64,000 nucleotides of DNA from Escherichia coli (GTDB lineage: Bacteria > Pseudomonadota > Gammaproteobacteria > Enterobacterales > Enterobacteriaceae): the NCBI RefSeq assembly GCF_003790525.1, contig NZ_CP033636.1, one strand, 5' to 3'. The notes beneath the pieces were generated by a model that was not told the DNA's origin, made no database searches, and worked only from the letters and a program-made list of their open reading frames with translations. Numbering within the stretch: position 1 is the first letter of the stretch; each line of letters starts with the position of its first letter. This document shows positions 1 to 9,731 of the stretch, piece after piece. Position numbers and translations under genes: made by a program.

Positions 1-168
1 AATGCCGTTTTGCGCAAAATGGCATCTTTATCTTCAGATTCTGTTCATGCAATTCGACAGCGCTTGCAGCTTGCCGTAGAAGGCAAAGCTGAATTGTCCC
101 TCAAGGATGTGGGAGAGCTTCTGCTGGCAACAAAGTATCTGATGTTGTCCACTGAAGAGGGAGAGTAA
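1..168 (+). CDS. 3-prime end of a CDS that starts upstream of the window; hypothetical protein
   Basis: Open frame from window edge to TAA at 166-168; next gene starts 5 nt downstream (coupled arrangement). Confidence 0.35.
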   Translation, partial: NAVLRKMASLSSDSVHAIRQRLQLAVEGKAELSLKDVGELLLATKYLMLSTEEGE

Positions 169-172
169 GCCT

Positions 173-664
173 GTGACCACTCTCGTATTTGAAATGGCGG
201 ATATTAATAAACTGATCGAAGAAATTCGCACCGCAAAAACGTTTTCGGTCACCGCAGATCAGATCTATGACCCGGCATGCTATCCGGGGGGAGCCCTCCT
301 TAACGCTGAGGGACAGACTGAAGAAGAGGCGCGTAAAGCTGGTAGGGTTTTCTTTCCCTCATCCTCAAAAATTGCCAGCACACATCTGGTGCCAAAAGTG
401 CTTCTCGCGCACAGTCATGGTGTATACCTGATCACTAATGCTGAGCTTGAGGGCTCTCCCGCATCCCGCGATACTGTGGCTTACGCCCAGGGGATGAATC
501 CAAAACTGGATGAGGACTGGGATTACGCTTGTGATGCCGCTTTGGGTGGGTCTGATTGTAGCTATACCATTCCCGTTGAGTGGCTGGAGTTAGCGGTAGA
601 GCAGGGTTTTCAGGAGTTTCGACTTCGAATGAGTGAAACCAAGATCAAACTTGTCACTAAATAG
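173..664 (+). CDS. hypothetical protein (163 aa), GTG start
   Basis: ORF track; GAGGGAGAG purine-rich stretch just upstream; no recognisable family. Confidence 0.45.
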   Translation: MTTLVFEMADINKLIEEIRTAKTFSVTADQIYDPACYPGGALLNAEGQTEEEARKAGRVFFPSSSKIASTHLVPKVLLAHSHGVYLITNAELEGSPASRDTVAYAQGMNPKLDEDWDYACDAALGGSDCSYTIPVEWLELAVEQGFQEFRLRMSETKIKLVTK

Positions 665-743
665 TATGTCCTTGCTGTTGCCAGTCAAACATTGTCCGCC
701 AGTCGAGCTGCTGGCGGATTGTTTTATATAAGGAGGGGAAGGT

Positions 744-1037
744 ATGTCAGGTTTAAGCAGTTCCGCCCAGAAGCTTACAATGGCACAGATTTACGTGTTA
801 CGACGGATGGCATCCGGCACGGTCTATGATATCTCTGGCAATTTCAGACGGGCCAGAGAACGGCGTACGTTTATGGGGAATCCTGATGATGTGACGTGCA
901 GGAGCTCTCCGGTCCTGTTCCGGCTCGGCCTCGTGGAGTTATGCCAGCCAGCAAGCCATCTGGAGCCAGGTTTATACTATCGGCTCAAGTTGAGCTCCTC
1001 AGGGCATGAGGCTCTCAAGGCGAACGCACACCTCTAA
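744..1037 (+). CDS. hypothetical protein (97 aa)
   Basis: ORF track; strong RBS AAGGAGGGGAAGG immediately upstream of ATG. Confidence 0.5.
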   Translation: MSGLSSSAQKLTMAQIYVLRRMASGTVYDISGNFRRARERRTFMGNPDDVTCRSSPVLFRLGLVELCQPASHLEPGLYYRLKLSSSGHEALKANAHL

Positions 1038-1216
1038 CATTTGAGATAGTTCGTTCGCAGCCAGGAAAGTAACTTTCACCTCAAGTGTGACCCTTACTAC
1101 CTCATTTATGAGTAAACCCCCCCTCTGATATGTCGAAAATGCTCATTTATACGAAAATAGTTTCTCTTCAGGTGTGATGTAATTACTGAGAATTCTCCCT
1201 GAATGGAAGGCAACCG

Positions 1217-1420
1217 ATGAAAATGTTTTTTACCCCTTATGTTCGTATCGTTTTCTATTTTTGCGCATTGATTTTTATTGTTTACAGTTTCAGTGATTTT
1301 TTCCAGGGCGTCCCTGACAGCACCTTCTTCAGTGCGGTCATCATGCTACTTGTTATCGGAACCATTGTTGCCCGGCATCTGGATCGCAAAAAATCTCTCA
1401 AAAATACTTCACAGATTTAA
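1217..1420 (+). CDS. small hydrophobic membrane protein (67 aa)
   Basis: ORF track; two hydrophobic stretches; GGAAGG upstream of ATG. Confidence 0.4.
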   Translation: MKMFFTPYVRIVFYFCALIFIVYSFSDFFQGVPDSTFFSAVIMLLVIGTIVARHLDRKKSLKNTSQI

Positions 1421-1474
1421 GTTTCAACTCAGGCCACTCTCGGGTGGCTTTTATAATTTAATAAGGACCGGTTC

Positions 1475-1699
1475 ATGCATAACCACGAAATTCAGACCAT
1501 TGCTATATTTAGTGCCCAGTATAAAAACATCGAAGATGCTGAAAATGCAGGTGCTTTATATTCTGTAGATATTGAATATCCGATGACACTAAATGATTTA
1601 TCGCGGCTTTGCGACTCTATTGCCGAAGCAGTAGGTGTGCCTGGCGGCGTCAAATACCAGTTCGTGTCCCAGCCGGAAGCGCATGAAACCAGCTTCTGA
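1475..1699 (+). CDS. hypothetical protein (74 aa)
   Basis: ORF track; AAGGA upstream of ATG. Confidence 0.35.
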   Translation: MHNHEIQTIAIFSAQYKNIEDAENAGALYSVDIEYPMTLNDLSRLCDSIAEAVGVPGGVKYQFVSQPEAHETSF

Positions 1700-2161
1700 T
1701 AACCAGTAACCAAACTGCCTAAAAGCAGGTGCAAAGCCATGAAACAAACAAAGTCTTCTATGTCACGTATTGTGCAGCTGTACGACGGGAGCCGATACGG
1801 AAACTGCGAGCAGGCTGATAACGAAGGAGAGCTTTTTACGGTGGTGTTGAATAAGCCTTCGCAGATCGATGACATCCGTAAAATCGTAGACACAACCGCC
1901 GAAGTACTTGGCAAAGCTTTGCCAGTACTCCTCTTATAAAGCTTACATCCGTGAAGGATAATTACGGTCTTACTACTTTCAGTTTTTCATTCCAGTGCCG
2001 TCCATTTTAATTTATCGATTTTAAGCGGTCGGCGCTATTTCATCGTTTCTTTTCCGACTGTAATTCCTTATATATAGGAATATTTCAAAGAATTTTTCTC
2101 AGGTTATTTGTGGCGGGATGCCAGTTGTTATAATGATTCCACATAATCTGGAGAGTTAATC

Positions 2162-2473
2162 ATGATCACATCTCTAATGAATTTCCGCGATTTAACCGGA
2201 GAGGCAGTCATCCAGGCGCGGCAATGCGTTATTAATGCGGAGATCGAAGCGGCCCGGGAAAAGGTAATTCATGCTCGTTCGTTATTCGAAGCGGGTATAC
2301 ATAATGTTGTAAACGGTAGTTCTGGCATTAAGGCTGCGGCAGCACATTTTCTGGTGATAAAACGTTTACAGACTGACACTCGGTATCTGGATGCGGTTAT
2401 CACTGATAACCTTTGCATGTTTTCTCCTGAGGGTTATCTGTATCTGTTTATGCAACAGCGTTATATGCGATAA
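2162..2473 (+). CDS. hypothetical protein (103 aa)
   Basis: ORF track; GGAGAG RBS 7 nt upstream. Confidence 0.4.
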   Translation: MITSLMNFRDLTGEAVIQARQCVINAEIEAAREKVIHARSLFEAGIHNVVNGSSGIKAAAAHFLVIKRLQTDTRYLDAVITDNLCMFSPEGYLYLFMQQRYMR

Positions 2474-2847
2474 AACAATGTGTTAGGGAAGTATCTTGCC
2501 ATTAAAAATATTAAAAAGGTGACTTGATGAAACCATTTGGACTTGCCGGAAAACCCCGGCCCGAACCTTGCGGCTGCTGCTGGTATACCCGTGAGGACTG
2601 CCCTTACGTCAGCGCAAAATAGATCTATCGCCGCAGGCAGCGCAAGGCAGAACGCCAGCGTCAGCGCAGCACCATTGTGATGGCCGTTTCTGAATTTCGC
2701 TGACTTCTTCTGGAAATATCATTTTTTCTCCAGAAGAATTTTAAAATAAAGGGAAATCTCTTCACGGGTATCTGATGTTTATTGTTTATGGTAAATTGCG
2801 CCACATTAATTTTTGTGGCGCAGTTCGTGTTGGCTTAAGGATATAAT

Positions 2848-3129
2848 ATGAAAATCAGCCAGCTGGAATCCGGGATGCAGGTTTGGTCTGTAACCCGTAC
2901 CAAAATGGGAAATACCACCATTACAACGGTCATTGTCCACCCCGTTGTCATTATAGAAATTCATGATAATCATGTGATTGCTCGCTGGAACGGCAATGCA
3001 CCACGTCGTTTTGGAGAAACGGCTATCAGGGGCTGGAAGAAGGAGAAGCCCCTGCTTGTCCGTGAACCTTTCGGAAATGCTCGCCTGGCCACCCGGGCTG
3101 AAAAAGCCGCTATGCAGGAAAAAGAGTAA
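2848..3129 (+). CDS. hypothetical protein (93 aa)
   Basis: ORF track; AAGGA RBS; inverted repeat CTTCTGGA-N14-TCCAGAAG lies upstream at about 2706-2737. Confidence 0.4.
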   Translation: MKISQLESGMQVWSVTRTKMGNTTITTVIVHPVVIIEIHDNHVIARWNGNAPRRFGETAIRGWKKEKPLLVREPFGNARLATRAEKAAMQEKE

Positions 3130-3344
3130 TACCCCTTTTAGCATCCACAATTTCAACGTCCATCTGCCTTTAACCTTGCCTGTTAATAACGGAATCCTTT
3201 CTGACTGGCCGGATCCCACGCATAACCTGAACTGTTGGCTAACCGTCTTACAGCCAAATTCCCTCCTTTATCTGGCAGGAGTGCGTCCGTGAGCTCTGTA
3301 TGATCTACGTGTTTGTTCAGTAGAGCACATAACAGGAGTGGGGT

Positions 3345-3950
3345 ATGACTGAATTAAATAAAAGCCCGTCCGGTTTTTCCGGAGCTGATGTCAGTAAAGA
3401 ACAGGCTGCCATAAGGGCACTTGTAGAAAGAGTAGTGACCAACTATCGCAGCCGGACAGCACCTGATCGGGTTCAAAAGGCTTCGGTAGCGTTTAATGGG
3501 GGATTAATCCTGACCCTGATGCTGGCCTTGTCGCTATTGGGCTACCTTGTGGCGGAATTGTTCAGGGGGTATGTTGCGGATAGTTCACCCTATGTGCCTG
3601 GTCTAAGTTATTCGCAATTTTCGATGCTGATGATCGTTGAGCTGTGTCTATGCTTTCTCGCATGGTTTTTGGTTGTCACAGGGGACTATCCCCGGCCGTG
3701 GATATTTCAGGTAGTCCCGATGGAGCAGTACTGGTTCTTTGACGAAGTGGATGACGACGATCTTGCCCGGCTTTCCTGTAACCCTTACATCAAGCGCTGG
3801 CTACTTGATGAAATGTCCGGTATTCATCGACTGACCTACACGAGGCTGCATGATCGACTGGAGCGCATCTGTAATATTCCATCCCATCTCGAATACAGCC
3901 GTATTCAGGCACATAAGCTTTCCCTAATCAACGGAACCAGTGCCTCCTGA
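3345..3950 (+). CDS. hypothetical membrane protein (201 aa)
   Basis: ORF track; AGGAG RBS; two long hydrophobic segments. Confidence 0.45.
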   Translation: MTELNKSPSGFSGADVSKEQAAIRALVERVVTNYRSRTAPDRVQKASVAFNGGLILTLMLALSLLGYLVAELFRGYVADSSPYVPGLSYSQFSMLMIVELCLCFLAWFLVVTGDYPRPWIFQVVPMEQYWFFDEVDDDDLARLSCNPYIKRWLLDEMSGIHRLTYTRLHDRLERICNIPSHLEYSRIQAHKLSLINGTSAS

Positions 3951-4282
3951 TCCTACCATTGCATCCGGAAATTAAACGGGCAGGAACTGCACTGTATGTT
4001 CCGACCAAGCAGCTGCCCGTTACCCTTTTCTTTAGTGTAAAAAGACTGTCTCCGACAACCGGAAGTGACTCATGTCAAATAAATTATAAATCAATGATTT
4101 ATGCAGGCAGGGTGTTTGGCTGATCAGGGCAGAGTGATATAATGACGCTGGTGCTGGAGGCTTTTGCCCCAGCCAGCGGTAACACTGTTTGACTGTGGTA
4201 AAAGCAGAAAGCCCCGAGTAATTTTTCAATTAACCTGTACTGCACCCATTTTGTTGGACGATGAAATGGAATAGCCCCTGAT

Positions 4283-4804
4283 ATGTCAAAGCCAAAATAC
4301 CCTTTTGAAAAGCGCCTTGAAGTCGTGAATCACTACTTCACTACTGATGATGGTTACAGGATCATCTCGGCACGTTTTGGTGTCCCCCGAACCCAGGTCA
4401 GGACATGGGTTGCCCTCTATGAAAAACATGGAGAAAAAGGTTTAATTCCCAAACCTAAAGGTGTTAGTGCTGATCCTGAGTTGCGTATTAAGGTCGTGAA
4501 AGCGGTGATCGAGCAGCACATGTCCCTTAATCAGGCTGCTGCTCACTTTATGCTTGCTGGTAGTGGTTCTGTAGCCAGGTGGCTGAAGGTTTATGAAGAG
4601 CGCGGAGAAGCTGGTTTACGCGCGCTCAAGATTGGCACCAAAAGAAACATTGCAATATCAGTTGATCCAGAAAAAGCGGCATCAGCATTGGAGCTGTCAA
4701 AAGACCGACGCATTGAGGATCTTGAAAGGCAAGTTCGATTTCTTGAAACGCGGCTTGTGTATCTAAAAAAGCTGAAAGCCTTAGCTCATCCCACGAAAAA
4801 GTGA
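4283..4804 (+). CDS. insJ: IS150 transposase OrfA (InsJ, 173 aa)
   Basis: Protein MSKPKYPFEKRLEVVNHYF... recognised as IS150 OrfA; A AAA AAG slippery motif at about 4765-4771. Confidence 0.85.
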   Translation: MSKPKYPFEKRLEVVNHYFTTDDGYRIISARFGVPRTQVRTWVALYEKHGEKGLIPKPKGVSADPELRIKVVKAVIEQHMSLNQAAAHFMLAGSGSVARWLKVYEERGEAGLRALKIGTKRNIAISVDPEKAASALELSKDRRIEDLERQVRFLETRLVYLKKLKALAHPTKK

Positions 4805-5652
4805 AAGTACTCAACGAGCTAAGGCAGTTTTATCCTCTTGATGAGCTTCTCAGGGCTGCGGAGATACCGCGCAGTACGTTTTATTACCATCTAAAGGCTC
4901 TCAGCAAGCCTGACAAGTATGCGGACGTTAAAAAGCGTATTGGTGAGATTTATCATGAGAATAGAGGCCGATACGGATACCGTAGGGTAACGCTGTCTCT
5001 TCATCGAGAAGGGAAACAGATTAACCATAAAGCTGTTCAGCGCCTGATGGGAATCCTCTCACTGAAGGCAGCGATTAAGGTCAAGCGATACCGCTCTTAC
5101 AGAGGAGAGGTAGGGCAAACCGCCCCCAATGTTCTCCAAAGAGATTTCAAGGCTACGCGGCCAAACGAGAAGTGGGTTACCGATGTTACTGAATTTGCAG
5201 TCAATGGGCGCAAGCTGTATTTGTCTCCAGTAATAGATCTCTTCAACAACGAAGTTATTTCTTACAGCCTTTCGGAAAGACCAGTGATGAACATGGTCGA
5301 GAATATGCTCGATCAGGCATTCAAAAAGCTTAATCCTCACGAGCATCCTGTTCTGCACTCTGACCAGGGATGGCAGTATCGTATGAGAAGATATCAAAAT
5401 ATCCTTAAAGAACATGGTATTAAACAAAGCATGTCCAGAAAAGGCAATTGTCTGGATAATGCTGTGGTGGAGTGTTTCTTTGGAACCTTAAAGTCGGAGT
5501 GTTTTTATCTTGATGAGTTCAGTAATATAAGCGAGCTGAAGGATGCTGTTACGGAATATATTGAATACTACAACAGCAGAAGAATTAGCCTGAAATTAAA
5601 AGGTCTGACTCCAATTGAATATCGGAATCAGACCTATATGCCTCGTGTTTAA
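4801..5652 (+). CDS. insK: IS150 transposase OrfB (InsK, 283 aa), expressed as OrfAB fusion by -1 frameshift
   Basis: Overlaps insJ stop by 4 nt; integrase-core sequence recognised as IS150 OrfB. Confidence 0.85.
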   Translation: MKVLNELRQFYPLDELLRAAEIPRSTFYYHLKALSKPDKYADVKKRIGEIYHENRGRYGYRRVTLSLHREGKQINHKAVQRLMGILSLKAAIKVKRYRSYRGEVGQTAPNVLQRDFKATRPNEKWVTDVTEFAVNGRKLYLSPVIDLFNNEVISYSLSERPVMNMVENMLDQAFKKLNPHEHPVLHSDQGWQYRMRRYQNILKEHGIKQSMSRKGNCLDNAVVECFFGTLKSECFYLDEFSNISELKDAVTEYIEYYNSRRISLKLKGLTPIEYRNQTYMPRV

Positions 5653-5693
5653 CTGTCCAACTTTCTGGGGTCAGTACAACCCGAGGCCCCTGT

Positions 5694-5909
5694 ATGCTAG
5701 TCACACACAGCGTAGCCTCTTGCCTGCTTAAATGCAAGGAGAAGAAGGCCATGAAAATGCCGAACCAACCCATTGTTTTGTGCATATTAATAGTTTGTTT
5801 AACGCTGTTGATATTCACCTGGCTCACACGAAACTCGCTTTGCGAGTTGCGGATGAAAGACGGAACAAGGGAGGTATTTGCTATCCTGGCCTACGAATCC
5901 GGTAAGTAG
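5694..5909 (+). CDS. mok: Mok (modulator of killing) frame, N-terminal in-frame extension of hok
   Basis: 71-aa ORF whose last 52 aa are the Hok peptide; KCKEKKAMK junction resembles R1 Mok/Hok arrangement. Confidence 0.6.
   Translation: MLVTHSVASCLLKCKEKKAMKMPNQPIVLCILIVCLTLLIFTWLTRNSLCELRMKDGTREVFAILAYESGK
5751..5909 (+). CDS. hok: Hok/Gef-family type I toxin (52 aa)
   Basis: [52 protein letters not shown] matches Hok family signature (LTR..LCE....G..EV.....YE). Confidence 0.8.
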   Translation: MKMPNQPIVLCILIVCLTLLIFTWLTRNSLCELRMKDGTREVFAILAYESGK

Positions 5910-5916
5910 CTGACAA

Positions 5917-5941
5917 AGAGGGGGGCAACCCCCCTCTTTTC
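5917..5941 (+). terminator. rho-independent terminator hairpin after hok
   Basis: AGAGGGGGGC-AA-CCCCCCTCT followed by TTTT. Confidence 0.6.
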
Positions 5942-5977
5942 AGGGTGTGGATTAGTATGCCATCGGCACCTTTTGAA

Positions 5978-6014
5978 AGGGTTCCTCTAAAGCGGAGGAA
6001 CCCTTTTTTCTTTT
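5978..6014. terminator. second hairpin with U-tract (tandem or bidirectional terminator)
   Basis: AGGGTTCCTC-TAAAGCG-GAGGAACCCT followed by TTTTTTCTTTT. Confidence 0.5.
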
Positions 6015-6327
6015 AGTGAAAAGATTGTGGTTAGTAACGTTATGCAGGGTAAGCGTTCATATCAGCGGGCCACCAGCCATCTTTCATTCCCATCATGAAA
6101 TTGCGGTTCATTGTGCCCACAAACACTCAGCTGGGCACCGTTCCGCTTCATGCAGGTCCGGTGCATCTTCATTTTCAGACGCTAAGCTGATCGGGGTGCA
6201 TCGTGGAGCAGTGATGCCAGAGGGAGAAATTGCAACCGTGAAATCAAAACTTATCATTCGGCTACCGGGCAGTGGTACTCACCTGGCAGAGCATGTATTT
6301 ATATCCGGGCCTGGCTGATGCAGCCCT

Positions 6328-6546
6328 TCATACCTTCTGCTTCTCAAGGACACGGCGGAGTTTTTTTACCTGGGACGCAGTGGAAAGTGTGCCGGTTCTG
6401 GGATGGCATGCGCTTGCCTTTTCATCAGGTTTAAGCTCATAGGCTAATGCCAGATCGTTCAGAGCCGCCTCAGCTTTCAGCAGGGCCTCAATGGCCGTGT
6501 TCAGGTATACAGTTCGGCTCTCATGGTTCATCAGTATTGTCCTCAC
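6328..6546 (-). CDS. hypothetical protein (72 aa)
   Basis: ORF track; last gene of a leftward four-gene cluster. Confidence 0.35.
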   Translation of the reverse strand: MRTILMNHESRTVYLNTAIEALLKAEAALNDLALAYELKPDEKASACHPRTGTLSTASQVKKLRRVLEKQKV

Positions 6547-6576
6547 AAGGGTAAAATGACAGGCGATACCTGCCGT

Positions 6577-6933
6577 TTACCCTTTGTCTCCGTTAAGAAT
6601 GGCATTACGGCAGGCTTCCCAGATAACCTGGGCATTAGCATCACACTCCACGAACCCGCCGCACTGATCGTATATCACCTGGTATACCTCTGGGGGAATC
6701 TTCCCAGGCGCAACCGGAGTTGAGCGTTTGCCTTTATGAATCTCATCTGCGGTATCACAGACAGCGTCGAGATGCCGCGACATCCACTCAGATAATTTCA
6801 GACCCTCTCGATTTGCCTGTTTTACATAGCGAACCTTTCTGGAAACCGTAGATCGCATCTGAATCTGTGTCACAGCTGGCACATCTTCTTTCATGGCATT
6901 CTGTAATGCAGCTTTGGGCTTTTTCATGTTCAT
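6577..6933 (-). CDS. hypothetical protein (118 aa)
   Basis: ORF track. Confidence 0.4.
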   Translation of the reverse strand: MNMKKPKAALQNAMKEDVPAVTQIQMRSTVSRKVRYVKQANREGLKLSEWMSRHLDAVCDTADEIHKGKRSTPVAPGKIPPEVYQVIYDQCGGFVECDANAQVIWEACRNAILNGDKG

Positions 6934-6986
6934 GGTTGCTTTAAATTATTCTGGAGTTCGTCTGTTATAAATGCTGCCGTGATCTG

Positions 6987-7589
6987 TCAGCGTCGCTTAA
7001 ATAGTTTATCGCCTTCCGCCAGTTCGCCGTTGAGCTGTTCAATCACACTCCAGATGAGCCGATCATCCGGCGTTGAGCCTGCACACTCTTTCACGACCGC
7101 CACGGGTCTAAATTCTTCAGGGTCTGCCTGCCCGGAGGTGAAGAGCCTGCTCTCAACCCAGTGGGCCCCCTCTGTGCAGCAGTGGCAACTGGTTTCAGGT
7201 GGTTCATCCAGACCGTCCACTCCACAGGCTGAGCAGGTGAACAGTTTGCGAGACCCACCAGCCAGTGGCGTATCGCAAGCTGCTGGAAGTGCGCCAGCAT
7301 TGCGCCAGTAAAGCACATGATTTGAATCGTAGCAGTGTCCATGAAGCAGAAGCGAAACGCCGCAACTGCGAGTTTCAATGGCTTTGCCTGTGCCAAGGTA
7401 TTGCCCGATTTCGTCCCATACGTCCACTAAGGTGTCAGGCAGCGGACGCGTAACAGGGAACTTAGCGCAGTCGTCCGGGGTGCCTTTAATGCAGCAGAGG
7501 GCCGAATACGCAAGCTCCTGCATTTCGTAGGAGTACTGACCACATACCACGCGTTCCAGTTTGTCGATTAGTTGTTCTTTATTCATCAT
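6987..7589 (-). CDS. hypothetical Cys-rich protein (200 aa)
   Basis: ORF track; multiple Cys pairs (C..C, CHCC). Confidence 0.45.
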   Translation of the reverse strand: MMNKEQLIDKLERVVCGQYSYEMQELAYSALCCIKGTPDDCAKFPVTRPLPDTLVDVWDEIGQYLGTGKAIETRSCGVSLLLHGHCYDSNHVLYWRNAGALPAACDTPLAGGSRKLFTCSACGVDGLDEPPETSCHCCTEGAHWVESRLFTSGQADPEEFRPVAVVKECAGSTPDDRLIWSVIEQLNGELAEGDKLFKRR

Positions 7590-7685
7590 ACTTAGCCTTA
7601 TTAAACAAATTCATTACACCACTGGCACCATCTGGGCAGGAGCAGACTGCGGCCCGGTAGTAGAGCCGCAGGGGGTGTCGCTGGA

Positions 7686-8630
7686 CTAACAGGCGCTCAG
7701 TGAGTCCCGCACTTCCTCATGACTGGTCATATTCAGAAGAAGCTTTCCAGGGCAGCGTGGTTCCGCCTGTGAACGGGTGACGTCTTCATTGAGTGCCTGG
7801 ATATGAGCAGATTCAACGGTCCTACGCTGTACGACATGGTTGCTAAGGTTGAATTCGCACTGGAGCCTTCTGGCATCAGAATCCGCGTTCATTGCAATGC
7901 GTTCATCAAAGCGGCGGTTCATTCGCAGAGCCTCTTCGTGAGCTGCATCAACAAGGGTGCGTCTGGTGACATAGTCGTTACCAGCAAAAAACGATAGCTG
8001 AGCGTGTTCCGAAGAGTAGTCGGAGCTTCCCTTACAACGGGCAATCGCGGCTTCAGAGTGCAGGATTAATGAACTCAACCGTGAACAGACGTCATTGATG
8101 GTGCCTGTTTTCAGACAGTCGTGGATAAGTGTCCAGGCGGAAATGCTCAGCGGGCGGCTGGTGGTCACATAGGGATTGTAATGATCAACCGTTACGATTG
8201 TACGCAGTGAATGAAGCGATTCGGACTGCGTACGTAAGTCACGGCGAACAGTAGATGCCACCGAGGCAACATCTTTACATTCTTTGTCGGACATCGAGTC
8301 CAGTACGCGGATCTCCACCTCTGCCGCCTTTGAGGCGATATGCGCACTAATCTCCCCCTTAAGACGTTTGTAGTCAGCCTTGAAGCTTCCCACGCTGTCA
8401 ATATCGATCCAGTAACCACAGCTGTAACCAGCATTACCAAACTCGTCATCTTTCTCATAGTTCGGACAGCCGTCATTGCTCCAGCCAGCTTTTTCCAGCA
8501 GCTCGTCAATAGCGACCAGCTCAGCCATTGGTGCATGTTCGATAATGAAATAATGGACACGGCCCCAGGCATATGCGCGTGAACGGCCATCAACAGAAGT
8601 ATCAGAAGTCGTCTGACGGGAAAGTTTCAT
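7686..8630 (-). CDS. hypothetical protein (314 aa)
   Basis: ORF track; first gene of the leftward cluster. Confidence 0.45.
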   Translation of the reverse strand: MKLSRQTTSDTSVDGRSRAYAWGRVHYFIIEHAPMAELVAIDELLEKAGWSNDGCPNYEKDDEFGNAGYSCGYWIDIDSVGSFKADYKRLKGEISAHIASKAAEVEIRVLDSMSDKECKDVASVASTVRRDLRTQSESLHSLRTIVTVDHYNPYVTTSRPLSISAWTLIHDCLKTGTINDVCSRLSSLILHSEAAIARCKGSSDYSSEHAQLSFFAGNDYVTRRTLVDAAHEEALRMNRRFDERIAMNADSDARRLQCEFNLSNHVVQRRTVESAHIQALNEDVTRSQAEPRCPGKLLLNMTSHEEVRDSLSAC

Positions 8631-9139
8631 GAGGTACTCCAGTTCTGCCCGGTACCGCCGGGGCGGTGGTGCGAAAGCCGCACCATGAATGACACTATGA
8701 TCCTCCTGACTTCTATTGTCAATACAATTGAAGCGGCGTTTTATTTATTCATTATTTGGACCCGGCTCGTACGGAACGACCGTCGGGACTTGCCGATCTT
8801 TCTACGGTGAGCAGGGGAAGGGAACATCCCAACGCTTGTTTCCAGATGTGCAGCCTGGGAGGGCGCAGAATGCCTGACAGAATCATCGTGCAGCGGTGGC
8901 GAAAGACCCGACAAACGGGAAAAGCATCCTTTTATTCCAAATCCAACCTCAGCTTTTAATTACGCCAGTACGTTTCCTAAACATGCCAAATCGGTCTCTT
9001 ATACGCCCGGATGGGCCCGATGAAAACGATAAAATGAGAAAAAGAACCCGACACATCGCTGCTCTCTGGGAAAGCCGGTCAGCAGATGGAGCGCCAGAAA
9101 CTAAATCCGCTGGTTTTAATAATGATTGAGGAGAACAAG

Positions 9140-9316
9140 ATGAAAGATAACAAGACACGTCCTGTAGACTCGTATGCTCATGCTGATTTCATGGAGTCCG
9201 TCTTCAGCAACCTCAGGGCTTTCTGTGATGCGGAATGCCAGCGGCTAACTGCCGGTTATCCCCCAACTGTCAAACCAGAACAGCAAAGCACTGACGGCCA
9301 GCTGTCGGCGGCATAA
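9140..9316 (+). CDS. small hypothetical protein (58 aa)
   Basis: ATG preceded by GAGGAG RBS; longer track ORF 9086..9316 probably starts here. Confidence 0.3.
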   Translation: MKDNKTRPVDSYAHADFMESVFSNLRAFCDAECQRLTAGYPPTVKPEQQSTDGQLSAA

Positions 9317-9503
9317 AGCATTACCTGCCAGTTCGTTCAAATTTCTGCTTCCTTAAGCCCGGGCCAAAAGCCCGGCTCAATCCAAAAACTGAACGTACCA
9401 GTTTACCTCTATATCTCCTGAATCCCCTGCGACTTACAAGAGACCCGCACCGGTTTAGCCATTCCTGTCCTGCCACTCTCCCATCACTGGCCCAGACAAC
9501 CGG

Positions 9504-9516
9504 AAAAGTAACTTTT
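9504..9516. promoter_or_regulatory. palindromic motif AAAAGTAACTTTT (candidate operator) upstream of ParB-like gene
   Basis: One of 13 dispersed copies of AAAGTWACTTT; about 215 bp upstream of the ParB-like start. Confidence 0.4.
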
Positions 9517-9629
9517 CTCTCTGAGTCACCTTCTGAACCAGTTATTTTGCTTAAACGTAAAAACGGCCCACTGTTGTGAAGATTTAAAACGGACGGATCG
9601 AGTAGTATTGCCTCAGGAAAATTTTTAAA

Positions 9630-9642
9630 AAAAGTTACTTTT
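9630..9642. promoter_or_regulatory. palindromic motif AAAAGTTACTTTT (candidate operator) upstream of ParB-like gene
   Basis: Second copy, about 90 bp upstream of the ParB-like start. Confidence 0.4.
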
Positions 9643-9731
9643 TCTTCTCCGCAACCTATTAGGAAAAATGTCGAACCTGGTATTGTTGTGTTGTAGCGCA
9701 GTTAAACAACCAACCAAAAAAGAGAACAAAA

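Larger units (their letters stand above)
4246..5678 (+). mobile_element. IS150 (IS3 family) insertion sequence, flanked by 3-bp direct repeat ACC
   Basis: Imperfect terminal inverted repeats TGTACTGCACCC / GGGGTCAGTACA; orfA/orfB products match IS150 InsJ/InsK as recalled; ACC at 4243-4245 and 5679-5681; ends approximate. Confidence 0.85.

Noticed and set aside
6016-6318. 100-aa plus-strand ORF downstream of the hok terminators
   Set aside because: No RBS, odd His/Cys-rich composition, follows two terminators; likely noncoding spacer, though not excluded
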